Origin: Delftia acidovorans NBRC 14950
GTDB lineage: Bacteria; Pseudomonadota; Gammaproteobacteria; Burkholderiales; Burkholderiaceae_C
NCBI RefSeq assembly: GCF_001598795.1
Contig: NZ_BCZP01000004.1
Coordinates: forward strand, 120,001 to 152,000
Reading direction: 5' to 3'
DNA: 32,000 bases
In this document: one piece after another, positions 18,898 to 27,790 of the stretch
Layout of the letters: each line of letters begins with the position of its first letter
How positions within the stretch are numbered: position 1 is the first letter of the stretch
Notes under the pieces: model-generated
The model's input: the letters and a program-made list of their open reading frames with translations, nothing else
What the model was told of the DNA's origin: nothing
Database searches by the model: none
Translations under genes and position numbers: made by a program

Positions 18898-20366
18898 GAG
18901 GGCGCTCCTTGTGCGAGCGGAGCCAGTGGAGCCATGCCGCTGTCGGCAGCGTCCTGGTCCTCGGCCGGCAGCGGCGCGCCGCCCAGGGCCTTGTACAGCG
19001 CCACATAGGCCAGCGCATGGGCAGCCAGGGCCGTGGTCTGCTCGCTGCGCGCCTGCAGCGCGGCGCGCCGGGGCGCCAGGCCGCCGAATTCGCTGGCCAG
19101 GCCCAGCTTCAGGCGCTGGTCCTGCACGCGCTCGCGCTCGGCCAGCACCTGCTGGGTGGACTGCAGCGAGGCGATGCGCTCGCGCTGGGCGTCCAGCGCG
19201 GCCAGTGCGGACTCGACCTCGGCCACGCCGTCGAGCACGCTCTGGCGGTAGGCCTGGATGGCGGCCTGCAGCGCCAGCTCGCTGGCGTCGGCCTGGGAGC
19301 GGCGGCGGCCCCAGTCGAACAGGGGAATGTCGATCTGCGGCCCGAAGGTGGGTGCGTTGTCCTGCGTGGTACGCAGGTTCTGGGTGATGTTGAACGAGTA
19401 CAGCAGCGAGCCGCCGATCACGAAGCGCGGATACAGCGCCGCATGCGCAATGCCCTGCTCGGCCGCCGCGCGTTCCACGGCGGCCTGCGCCACCTGGATG
19501 TCGGGGCGCGTGCGCAGCAGGTCGGCCGGCAGGGCGGCCACGCCCAGCGCCTGGGGGCCGGGCAGCGGGGCCTTGGCATCGGCCTGCAGCCACTGCGCAT
19601 CGGGCCGCGTGCGGCCCAGCAAGGCGGCCAGCATGTGGGCGCTGCGGGCCTGGGTTTCGCGCAGGCTGGCACGCAAGGCCGCGCTCTGGCCGGCCTGCAG
19701 TTGCAGCTGGTGCACGGCCTCGGCCGTGCCCAGGCGCTGCTGCTGGCGCACCTGTGCCAGTTGCAGGGCACGCGCATCCAGCAGTGCCTGTTCGTCGATC
19801 AGGGCGCGCTGGCGCTGGGCCATGCGGATGTCCAGATAGCGGTGGACCACATCGGCCACCAGGGCCACGCGGGCCGCCTGCAGGCGGCCCCGTGCGTCAA
19901 GCACGGAGGCGGCGGCATTGCGCTCGCCGGCCTCGCGGGCGCCGAACAGGCCCAGGTCCCAGCTCACGTCGATGCTGGCGTGGAAATACGAGTCGATGGC
20001 CGCAATGTCCTGCAGCGTGCGCGCACCGGCCGTGAACACGGGCCGGAAGGCCGAGCCGGCCGTGCCGGCCAGCAGCCGTTGCTGGCGCAGGCGCGACTGG
20101 GCCTGGGACAGGTCGAGGTTGGCGGCCAGCGCCTCCTCGACCAGGGTGTTGAGGGATTCGTCGCCCCAGGCCTTCCACCAGCCCTGCAGGTCGGGCGCCG
20201 CGGCCGAGCCAGGTGCACCCGGCGCGGCGGCGGGCAGGGGCTGCGTCCACTGCGTGGGCACCGAGCCGTCAAGCTGCGCCGGAGGCGGCGAGGAGCAACC
20301 GGCCAGCGCCAGGGCGGCGCCCAGGCACAGGCTGGAGAGGCGATGCGTCGCGGCGGCGTGGTTCAC
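18894..20366 (-). CDS. Outer-membrane efflux lipoprotein, NodT/TolC family (about 490 aa)
   Basis: Lipobox LALAGC. Two OEP-type repeats with long Ala/Leu/Gln/Arg-rich helices. GTG 20366 gives a 23-aa signal peptide; ATG 20429 is an alternative start. Confidence 0.85.
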   Translation of the reverse strand: MNHAAATHRLSSLCLGAALALAGCSSPPPAQLDGSVPTQWTQPLPAAAPGAPGSAAAPDLQGWWKAWGDESLNTLVEEALAANLDLSQAQSRLRQQRLLAGTAGSAFRPVFTAGARTLQDIAAIDSYFHASIDVSWDLGLFGAREAGERNAAASVLDARGRLQAARVALVADVVHRYLDIRMAQRQRALIDEQALLDARALQLAQVRQQQRLGTAEAVHQLQLQAGQSAALRASLRETQARSAHMLAALLGRTRPDAQWLQADAKAPLPGPQALGVAALPADLLRTRPDIQVAQAAVERAAAEQGIAHAALYPRFVIGGSLLYSFNITQNLRTTQDNAPTFGPQIDIPLFDWGRRRSQADASELALQAAIQAYRQSVLDGVAEVESALAALDAQRERIASLQSTQQVLAERERVQDQRLKLGLASEFGGLAPRRAALQARSEQTTALAAHALAYVALYKALGGAPLPAEDQDAADSGMAPLAPLAQGAPS

Positions 20367-20453
20367 GGGATGGACAGGCGGGAGGGGATGATCGAGGGGA
20401 GGGCCGGGAAAACGGGGCCAGGGAACCATGTCCCCGGATAGCCATTGGACGCG

Positions 20454-20500
20454 GCCAAGCTTGCGCGAGGTTGCAGGCTTTATGGAGGAAACATGGAGAG
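20454..20500. promoter_or_regulatory. Copy A of a 47-bp repeated element with phased direct half-sites; candidate response-regulator operator
   Basis: TTGC-N6-TTGC (20461 and 20471) followed by ATGGAG-N5-ATGGAG (20482 and 20493). 36 of 47 positions are identical, ungapped, to 21746-21792. Confidence 0.5.
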
Positions 20501-20710
20501 CGCAGCGCCTTGCGGGAGCCTCTCTGCCCCAACCCGGGCGAGAGCCAGTTGCGGACCGCCCGATCACTGTGGACTCGGATGATTCCGAGTTTATTTTCAG
20601 AACGCTCCAATTCCAAGGCCACATGCAGGTCAGTACATTGACCGGATATCGCGCCCTATGCCACCTGTCCCAAGGCATTGATCCATATCTTCCAGGCTGG
20701 AGTTCACAGC

Positions 20711-21715
20711 ATGTATTTCACAGCCATCTTGCGCCATGCATTGGCCACGCCTCTCCTCTTGATTTTCTTTATGGCCCCTATTTCATCCTGGGCCCGTTGT
20801 TCCTCCCAGGGCTGGAATGCCCAGTTTCCAGGTTCAGCCAACACCCCCACCATCGTCAATGAAAATTATCCGATTGGCAGCGTTGTCTATTCCAGGACAA
20901 TGGCTTTGCAGAATACCGGCGCCGGCAGCTACCATATTTCTTGTGACAATGATTTTTATTACATAGAAGGCATTGGAACGGAAAGCGGCGGAATATATTC
21001 CACCTCCATCCCCAATCTGGGCATGAGAATCACGTGGGAAAGAGCCGCGCCTTATTCAGGGTCCATGCTGAAACAGGGCATGTTCCATTCACTGCCAAGC
21101 AACAACATGACCATCGAGCTCGTGAAAACCGGAGAACTCACCTCTGGCGGTTTTCTGAATGGCAGCTTCGCACGAATTTACTCAGGGACCAGCAGTGCCC
21201 GTGACTTGCTGGCCACGGTATTCTTTTCGAGTGGCATCACCGTCAACGTCAGCAGCCGCCCCAGGCCACCGACCTGCCGGGTGTCCACGGGCAAGATCGA
21301 CGTGACCATGGCCCCCACCCCGTTCGCCGATTTCAAGGGAATCGGGTCCGTCACGGCAGCCAAGGACTTCAGCATCGAGTTGACCTGCGCGGGAGGCGAA
21401 GCCAATACACGCCTGACCGCCTTCATCACGCTGACGGATGCCACCCAGGCCACCAACCGATCGAGCACGCTGACGCTGGCCCAAAATTCCAAGGCCCGGG
21501 GTGTCGGCATACAGGTACTGAGAAACAACGTGCCCGTGAGCTTCGGCCCCGACTCCGGCAGCCTGGGCAATGCCAACCAATGGAATGCGGGCCAGGTCGC
21601 ACAGGGGCAGAACAGCCTGAAGATTCCGCTGAGCGCGCGCCTGGTGCAGACAGCCAGCAGCGTGACACCTGGCATGGCCTATGGCAGGGCGACCTTCACG
21701 ATGAGCTACCAATAG
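20711..21715 (+). CDS. Chaperone-usher-type fimbrial tip-adhesin-like protein (two domains, 334 aa), orphan
   Basis: Signal peptide MYFTAILRHALATPLLLIFFMAPISSWA. The C-terminal pilin domain has a Cys pair (PTCRVS...ELTCAG) and a terminal ATFTMSYQ like FimH/FimA C-termini. GC is about 50-60% against about 68-70% in the flanks. Confidence 0.7.
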   Translation: MYFTAILRHALATPLLLIFFMAPISSWARCSSQGWNAQFPGSANTPTIVNENYPIGSVVYSRTMALQNTGAGSYHISCDNDFYYIEGIGTESGGIYSTSIPNLGMRITWERAAPYSGSMLKQGMFHSLPSNNMTIELVKTGELTSGGFLNGSFARIYSGTSSARDLLATVFFSSGITVNVSSRPRPPTCRVSTGKIDVTMAPTPFADFKGIGSVTAAKDFSIELTCAGGEANTRLTAFITLTDATQATNRSSTLTLAQNSKARGVGIQVLRNNVPVSFGPDSGSLGNANQWNAGQVAQGQNSLKIPLSARLVQTASSVTPGMAYGRATFTMSYQ

Positions 21716-21745
21716 CCGCTGATGGGTCCGCAGGAAATGAACAGC

Positions 21746-21792
21746 GCCAGCCTTGCGCGCGATTGCAGACTTCGTGGAGCCAATATGGAGGG
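21746..21792. promoter_or_regulatory. Copy B of the 47-bp repeated element, directly upstream of the response-regulator promoter
   Basis: TTGC-N6-TTGC (21753 and 21763) and GTGGAG-N5-ATGGAG (21774 and 21785). A CATAAT -10-like hexamer at 21817-21822 has no good -35, as expected for an activator-dependent promoter. Confidence 0.5.
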
Positions 21793-21848
21793 GCGGCGGC
21801 ATCCAGGGCATCGCACCATAATGTGCGCCTGGCCCTGCCAGCTTTCCC

Positions 21849-22574
21849 ATGAACTCCACAGCACAGCCAACGGCAACCACCCCCCTCGTGCTCGTCGTCG
21901 AAGACGAGCCCGCCATCGCCAGCATCCTGACGGCCTATCTCGAGCGGGACGGGCTGCGTTCGCGCATGGCCTCGGACGGACAGGAGGCGCTGCAGCTGTT
22001 CCGCCTGCTGCGGCCCGACCTGGTGCTGCTGGACATCCACCTTCCCGGCATGGACGGCATCGACGTGCTGCGCGCCATCCGCGATGACAGCCAGACGCCC
22101 GTGATCATGGTCACGGCGCTGGCCGACGATGTGGACAAGCTGCTGGCCCTGCGCCTGGGCGCCGACGACTACGTGGTCAAGCCCTTCAACCCGCCCGAGG
22201 TCGTGGCCCGCGTGCGCGCCGTGCTGCGCCGCACCCAGGCACGCAAGAACCCGGCGCCCGCGCCCATCCGCGTGGGCCCCATCGAGATCGACGCCGAGGC
22301 GCACAGCGCCGTGGTCTACGACAACGAGGGCCGCGCCCTGCCGCTGCCCCTGACGCTGACCGAATTCCGCCTGCTGGCCTGCCTGGCGGCCCAGCCCCGG
22401 CGCTGCTTCTCGCGCTCCCACCTGATCGAGCACTGCCTGCCCGAGAGCGATGCGCTGGAGCGCGTCATCGACTCCCATCTGTCCAAGCTGCGCCGCAAGC
22501 TGCAGCTGGCCGGCCAGGAAGGCCTGATCGAGACCGTGCGCGGCATTGGCTACCGGCTATGGCCCTGGGACTGA
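21849..22574 (+). CDS. OmpR/PhoB-family response regulator, BaeR-like (241 aa)
   Basis: Receiver motifs VLVVEDEP, LVLLDIHLPGMDG, KPF. The winged-helix region (LTLTEFRLLACL...VIDSHLSKLRRKL...VRGIGYRL) closely parallels E. coli BaeR. Confidence 0.9.
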   Translation: MNSTAQPTATTPLVLVVEDEPAIASILTAYLERDGLRSRMASDGQEALQLFRLLRPDLVLLDIHLPGMDGIDVLRAIRDDSQTPVIMVTALADDVDKLLALRLGADDYVVKPFNPPEVVARVRAVLRRTQARKNPAPAPIRVGPIEIDAEAHSAVVYDNEGRALPLPLTLTEFRLLACLAAQPRRCFSRSHLIEHCLPESDALERVIDSHLSKLRRKLQLAGQEGLIETVRGIGYRLWPWD

Positions 22575-23737
22575 GACCCAACCGCATCTGGGTACGCTTC
22601 GGCCTGTGGATTACGGCCACCGTGCTCAGCACCATTGCCCTGCTGGCCATCGGCGTGCTGGTGTTCTCGGAGATCCAGTACCGCGACTTCTACAGCAGCC
22701 TGCCGCCGGCCGTGCAGATCGAGCTGGACGAACTCAACGCGCAGTCGCTGGAAGACAGCCCGCGCGCCATGCAGATCTACGGCCAGTACTGGACGGGCGA
22801 TCTGCTGTTCGGCGAGAAATGGTCCCTGGTCATCGGCCTGCTGGTGTGCCTGCCCTTCGGGCTGGCTGTGGGCTTCTGGGTCTCGCGCCTGGTGACGCGG
22901 CCCCTGGCGTCCATGGTCGAGGTGGCCAAGCGCGTGGAGCTGGGCGACTTCAGCGCGCGCGCCCTGCCCGGCAAGGCCCATGGCGAGATGGCCGAGATGG
23001 TGGTGGCCTTCAACCGCATGATCGATTCGCTGGAGACGCTGGAGGCCGAGCGCCGCGCCACGGCGGCCTCGATCTCGCACGAGCTGCGCACGCCGCTGAC
23101 CGTGCTGCAGGCGCGCCTGCATGCCATCTGCGACGGCGTCATCGCCGCAGACGACACCGAGCTGAATACGCTGCTGTTCCAGGTCGAGCACCTGGGCCGG
23201 CTGGTCGGCGACCTGCACACGCTGTCCATGGCCGATGCCGGCCAGCTGTCGCTGCAAAAGCAGCGCCTGGACCTGGCCGAACTCGTGGCCGAGACGCTGG
23301 ACCACCTGCACCCCCAGCTCCTGCAGCATGGCATGCAGCTGGAGATGCACCTGCCCGCGCCCAGTGACATCGGCATGGCCGACATCCGTGCCGACGCCGA
23401 CCGCATGCGCCAGATCCTCTCCAACCTCGTCAGCAACGCCATCCGCCATGCGGCCAGCGGCGCATGGCTGGGCGTGGCGCTGACGGTGGAATCCGATATC
23501 GAAGGCCGTGCCTGGGCCGTGCTGCGCATCAGCGATGCCGGTCCCGGCCTGCCCAGCGAGCTGCGCGCCCACCCCTTCCAGCGCTTTGCCCAGGTGCCCG
23601 GCAAGCGCCGCCGCGAGGGCTCGGGCCTGGGCCTGTCCATCGTCAAGGCACTGACCGTCTCCCAGGGCGGCAGCGTGGAGGCCGACGACTCCGAGCAGGG
23701 CGGTGCCCGCTTCACGCTGCGCTTTCCGCGCGTCTGA
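22559..23737 (+). CDS. Sensor histidine kinase, BaeS-like, with a short periplasmic loop (392 aa)
   Basis: Two transmembrane segments flank a loop of about 50 aa, followed by a HAMP domain. H-box ISHELRTPLTVL. N, G1 and G2 boxes (NLVSNAIRH, DAGPGL, GSGLGLSI). Overlaps the regulator gene by 16 nt. Confidence 0.9.
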   Translation: MALGLRPNRIWVRFGLWITATVLSTIALLAIGVLVFSEIQYRDFYSSLPPAVQIELDELNAQSLEDSPRAMQIYGQYWTGDLLFGEKWSLVIGLLVCLPFGLAVGFWVSRLVTRPLASMVEVAKRVELGDFSARALPGKAHGEMAEMVVAFNRMIDSLETLEAERRATAASISHELRTPLTVLQARLHAICDGVIAADDTELNTLLFQVEHLGRLVGDLHTLSMADAGQLSLQKQRLDLAELVAETLDHLHPQLLQHGMQLEMHLPAPSDIGMADIRADADRMRQILSNLVSNAIRHAASGAWLGVALTVESDIEGRAWAVLRISDAGPGLPSELRAHPFQRFAQVPGKRRREGSGLGLSIVKALTVSQGGSVEADDSEQGGARFTLRFPRV

Positions 23738-23779
23738 TCCCGCGCCGCTGGAGGCCGCCGGGGGCCGCTGCGGGGGCCG

Positions 23780-24439
23780 CTACGCGGACGGAGCCTGCGC
23801 CTCGCGCAGCAGCGCATGGATGGCCCAGCCCAGCGGCGCGCGCAGCTGCTGAAGCGCCTGCTGCGGCCCCAGCGCCAGCAGCGACTGCGACACCCAGCCA
23901 TAGGTCAGCGTGTGCAGCAGCCGTGCCAGGGGCTGGGCCGGCGCGGGCAGTGGCGGATCGCAGTCCTGCAATGCCGTGCCCCACAGCTGTACATAGGCCT
24001 GGTAGTGGCGGCGGAAGGGCTCGGGCGCGGACACCTTGCGCTCCAGCATGAACAGCGCGGCCCACATCGGCGCCTCGCGCGCAATGCCGTCGACCAGGGT
24101 GTCCAGCAGGCGGTCCACGCGCGTGGCCAGCGGCATGCCGGCACTGTCCTGCAGCGTTTGCAGCCCCTGGGCGTGCAGGGCCTGCACCTGGCGGTGGATG
24201 CACATGGCCGCCAGCGTGTCCATGTTGCCGAAGTATTCATAGAAGGTGCCCAGGCCCACGCCGGCCACGGCGGCCACCTCGCGCACCGTGGTGCGCTCGT
24301 AGCCCTGCTCGATCACAAGCCGAACAAAGGCGTCCTGCAGCGCCTGCGACGTGGCCTGCGCGCGCGATTGCAGGGGGCGGCGCCGCACTTTGGGCGGCTG
24401 CGGCTGCTGCCGTGAAACCCGAACACCTTTGCTGGGCAT
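23780..24439 (-). CDS. TetR-family transcriptional regulator (219 aa)
   Basis: ATG 24439. TetR helix-turn-helix region (YERTTVREVAAVAGVGLGTFYEYFGNMD). Divergent from the aidB-like gene. Confidence 0.85.
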   Translation of the reverse strand: MPSKGVRVSRQQPQPPKVRRRPLQSRAQATSQALQDAFVRLVIEQGYERTTVREVAAVAGVGLGTFYEYFGNMDTLAAMCIHRQVQALHAQGLQTLQDSAGMPLATRVDRLLDTLVDGIAREAPMWAALFMLERKVSAPEPFRRHYQAYVQLWGTALQDCDPPLPAPAQPLARLLHTLTYGWVSQSLLALGPQQALQQLRAPLGWAIHALLREAQAPSA

Positions 24440-24484
24440 TTTTCCTAGACTTTTGCGTTGAGACCAACGATCACGGAGACACGC

Positions 24485-26191
24485 ATGAGCACCGGCCAGA
24501 CTTTGCAGACAGGGCACACCTGGAACACGCACGACGTCCTGAACCAGGTCGACGAACTCACCGACTTCAACCTGCTGGAGGCCGACCCTGCCCTGGCCGA
24601 GGCCCTTCGGCGCAACGGCGCTGCGCGCCACATTCCTTCGCTGTCGCGCTATGCGCAGCAGCTGGGCGAGCGCGCCACCTGGGAGCTGGCCGAGCAGGCC
24701 AACCGCCACACGCCCGAGCTGCACCGCTTCGACGCGCGCGGCCGCATCATCGACGCCGTGGAGTTCCACCCGAGCTGGCACACGCTGCTGGGACTATACC
24801 GGCAGCAGGGGCTGATCTCCCTGCCCTTCGAGGACAGCAGCGCGGGCCGCTGGAGCGCCTGGGCCGCAGGTTTTTACCTGCACGGCCAGGTCGAACAGGG
24901 CACGCTGTGCCCGGCCACCATGACCACGGCCGCCATCCCGCTGCTGCAAAAGGAACCGGCGCTGTGGCAGCAGCTGCAGGGCAAGCTGTTCAGCCACGAA
25001 TACGATCCGCGCGACCTGCCCGTGGCCGACAAGGCATCGATGTGGCTGGGCATGGGCATGACCGAGAAGCAGGGCGGCTCCGACGTGCGCGCCAACACGA
25101 CGGTGGCCATGCCGGTGCACGCCGGCGGGCGTGGCGGCGAGTACCTGTTGCGCGGCCACAAGTGGTTCTTCTCGGCACCCATGTGCGATGCCCACCTGGT
25201 GGTGGCGCGCATGGGCACGAACGAGGGGAACCACGGTGGGCAGGCCTGCTTCTACGTACCGCGCTGGCGCCCGGACGGCAGCAGGAATGCCGTGCGCGTG
25301 CAGCGCCTGAAGGACAAGGTGGGCAACCGCAGCAACTCCAGCAGCGAGGTCGAGTTCGAGGACGCCTGGGGCATCCTGATGGGCGAGGAAGGCCGGGGCA
25401 TTCCCACCATCATCGAGATGGCCACCTACACCCGCCTGAACTGCGTGCTGGGCAGCGCCGCCATCCTGCGCTCGGCCACGGTGCAGGCCCTGGCCTATGC
25501 GCGCCGGCGCAGCGTCTTCGGCAAGCAGCTGGCCGAGCAGCCGCTGATGCGCACCGTGCTGGCCGATCTGGCGCTGGAAAGCGAGGCCGCGCTGCAGATC
25601 GCCATGCGCCTGGCCCAGGCCTATGAGCGTGGAGGCGACGAGGGCGATCCGCTGGAGCGGGCCTGGAAGCGCATCATGACGCCAGCGGCCAAGTTCTGGG
25701 TCTGCAAGCGCGGCGTGGAGCTGACGGGCGAGGCCATGGAGGTGCTGGGCGGCAACGGCTACGTGGACACGGGCGTGATGGCGCGCCTGTTCCGCGAGGC
25801 GCCCGTGAACTCGATCTGGGAAGGCTCGGGCAACGTCATGTGCCTGGACGTGCTGCGTGCCATCTCGCGCGAGCCCGACGGCGCACAGCTGCTGCTGCAG
25901 GACCTGATCGACACGGCAGCGGGCGAGCCCGCGCTGCTGCAGCAGGCGCAATCGCTGGCACGGCGCCTGTCCGGCCCGCCTGACCAGCTCGAGGCCCAGG
26001 CACGCCGCCTGGTGCAGGACCTGGTGCTGCTGGCCCAGGCCTGCCTGCTGCGCCGCCATGCGCCGCCCGCCATGGCCGACGGCTTCATCGCCACGCGCCT
26101 GGGCGCGCAGCAGGGCGCCATGGTGGCGGGCGCCTTCGACCCGGCAGGCCTGGACATCGCCGCCATCCTGCAGCGCGCGCTGCCCGCCTGA
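24485..26191 (+). CDS. aidB: AidB-like acyl-CoA dehydrogenase family protein (568 aa)
   Basis: Colinear similarity to E. coli AidB: GMGMTEKQGGSDV, GHKWFFSAP, RLKDKVGNRSNSSSEVEF, PVNSIWEGSGNVMCLDVLR. Confidence 0.8.
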   Translation: MSTGQTLQTGHTWNTHDVLNQVDELTDFNLLEADPALAEALRRNGAARHIPSLSRYAQQLGERATWELAEQANRHTPELHRFDARGRIIDAVEFHPSWHTLLGLYRQQGLISLPFEDSSAGRWSAWAAGFYLHGQVEQGTLCPATMTTAAIPLLQKEPALWQQLQGKLFSHEYDPRDLPVADKASMWLGMGMTEKQGGSDVRANTTVAMPVHAGGRGGEYLLRGHKWFFSAPMCDAHLVVARMGTNEGNHGGQACFYVPRWRPDGSRNAVRVQRLKDKVGNRSNSSSEVEFEDAWGILMGEEGRGIPTIIEMATYTRLNCVLGSAAILRSATVQALAYARRRSVFGKQLAEQPLMRTVLADLALESEAALQIAMRLAQAYERGGDEGDPLERAWKRIMTPAAKFWVCKRGVELTGEAMEVLGGNGYVDTGVMARLFREAPVNSIWEGSGNVMCLDVLRAISREPDGAQLLLQDLIDTAAGEPALLQQAQSLARRLSGPPDQLEAQARRLVQDLVLLAQACLLRRHAPPAMADGFIATRLGAQQGAMVAGAFDPAGLDIAAILQRALPA

Positions 26192-26236
26192 AGCGGCCGC
26201 CGGCCCACCACACAACAAAGCATAAGGAGACAAGAC

Positions 26237-27757
26237 ATGAACCTGCTCGACGCCTTCGACAGCGCCGTGCGCAAGACGCCCGCCAAGGCCTTTCTGCGCG
26301 ACCGCGGCGCCTCCATCAGCTATGCCGACATGCAGCGGCGCTCGCAGCGCGCGGCCGCCGTGCTCCAGGCCCAGGGCGTGGGCCGGGGCGATACCGTGGC
26401 CCTGATGTGCCTGAACACGCCGGGCTTTGTCGAAGCCCTGTTCGGCGCCTGGCGCCTGGGCGCCGCGCTGGTGCCCGTCAACCACAAGCTGCAGGCGCCC
26501 GAGCTGCAGTACATCCTCGACCACGCGCAGTGCAAGGCCCTGGTGTTTGACGCAGCACTCGCGCCCGTGGTCGCCGCCGCGCAGCACCCCTGCGCCCGCC
26601 TTGTGACCGAGGCGCAAGAGGCCGTCCCGGGTGTCCAGGACTGGGACACGCTGGTGGCGGCCGCCAGGCCCATGGAAGGCACGCGGCCCGCCGATGGCGA
26701 CATCGCCCAGGTGCTCTACACCTCCGGCACCACGGGCCGGCCCAAGGGCTGCCTGCTGAGCCACCGCGCCGTCACGCTGGCGGCGATCACGGCCGCGCTG
26801 GGCCTGTCCATCACGCGCGAGGAACGCACGCTGATGGCCATGCCCATCTGGCATTCCTCGCCGCTCAACAACTGGTTCGGCGGCACGCTGTACATGGGCG
26901 GCACCGTGGTGCTGCTGCGCGAGTACCACCCGCAGCATTTCCTGCAGGCCGTGCAGGACGAGGGCGTGACGCTGTACTTCGGCGCCCCCGTCTCCTACTT
27001 TGCGCCGCTGCAGATGCTGCCCGACTTTGCCCGCTACGACCTGAGCAGCGTGCGCGCCTGGGTCTACGGCGGCGGCCCCATCGGCGCCGACATGGCGCGC
27101 AAGCTGGCCACGGCCTACCGCAGCGACCGCTTCTACCAGGTCTACGGCATGACCGAGACAGGCCCCACGGGCACCACGCTCTACCCCGAGGAGCAGGTGG
27201 AGCGGGCCGGCTCCATCGGCCGCGTGGCCCTGCCCGGCGTGGACATGCGCGTGGTGCGCGACGACGGCGAGGATGCCGGCCCGGGCGACACCGGCGAGAT
27301 CTGGCTGCGCACCGGCAGCGTGATGGACGGCTACCTGCACGACGCCCAGGCCACGGCTGCCGCCTTCGCGCCCGGCGGCTGGTACCGCACGGGCGATCTT
27401 GCGCGCCTGGACGACGCGGGCTATCTCTTCATCGTGGACCGGACCAAGGACATGGTCATCACGGGTGGCGAGAACGTGTATTCCAAGGAGGTGGAGGACG
27501 CGCTGTCGGCCCATCCCCAGGTCGCCGATGTCGCCGTCGTGGGCAGGCCCCACGCCGAATGGGGCGAGACCGTCGTCGCCCACGTGGTGACGCGCGGCGA
27601 GGCCGCGCCGCAGGCCGAGGCACTGCAGCAGTTCCTGGCCGACAGGCTGGCGCGCTACAAGATCCCGCGTGAATTCGTCTTTGCGGCCAGCCTGCCGCGC
27701 ACGCCCACAGGCAAGCTGCAGAAATTCCTGCTGCGTCAGGAGCGCAGCGCCACCTGA
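26237..27757 (+). CDS. AMP-dependent acyl-CoA synthetase/ligase (506 aa)
   Basis: AAGGAGA ribosome-binding site at 26223-26229. AMP-binding motif YTSGTTGRPKG, then YGMTE, YRTGDL and PRTPTGK. Confidence 0.9.
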   Translation: MNLLDAFDSAVRKTPAKAFLRDRGASISYADMQRRSQRAAAVLQAQGVGRGDTVALMCLNTPGFVEALFGAWRLGAALVPVNHKLQAPELQYILDHAQCKALVFDAALAPVVAAAQHPCARLVTEAQEAVPGVQDWDTLVAAARPMEGTRPADGDIAQVLYTSGTTGRPKGCLLSHRAVTLAAITAALGLSITREERTLMAMPIWHSSPLNNWFGGTLYMGGTVVLLREYHPQHFLQAVQDEGVTLYFGAPVSYFAPLQMLPDFARYDLSSVRAWVYGGGPIGADMARKLATAYRSDRFYQVYGMTETGPTGTTLYPEEQVERAGSIGRVALPGVDMRVVRDDGEDAGPGDTGEIWLRTGSVMDGYLHDAQATAAAFAPGGWYRTGDLARLDDAGYLFIVDRTKDMVITGGENVYSKEVEDALSAHPQVADVAVVGRPHAEWGETVVAHVVTRGEAAPQAEALQQFLADRLARYKIPREFVFAASLPRTPTGKLQKFLLRQERSAT

Positions 27758-27790
27758 GGCGCCGGCCCCCTGCGTGGCCTGCTTCCCGGC

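Noticed and set aside
20577-20595. Possible Fur box (GGATGATTCCGAGTTTATT) upstream of the adhesin gene and exporter operon
   Set aside because: Only the ATGAT core and a few other positions match the consensus, and there is no dyad symmetry. This is too weak to claim iron regulation of the exporter operon.
20430-21848. Low-GC adhesin region as a bona fide mobile element
   Set aside because: There is no integrase, transposase, tRNA attachment site or terminal inverted repeat. The only boundary signal is the 47-bp imperfect direct repeat, which is equally well explained as a regulator binding site. Reported as a finding rather than annotated as a mobile element.
24457-24468. GTTG-AGAC-CAAC mini-palindrome between the TetR and aidB-like genes as a TetR operator
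   Set aside because: Only 4-bp arms, which is expected by chance. The location is plausible but the sequence evidence is insufficient.
24794-27583. 929-aa ORF on the minus strand
   Set aside because: It is antisense to the aidB-like and acyl-CoA ligase genes, both of which have clear family motifs. Low-complexity Ala/Gly/Arg composition. High-GC artefact.
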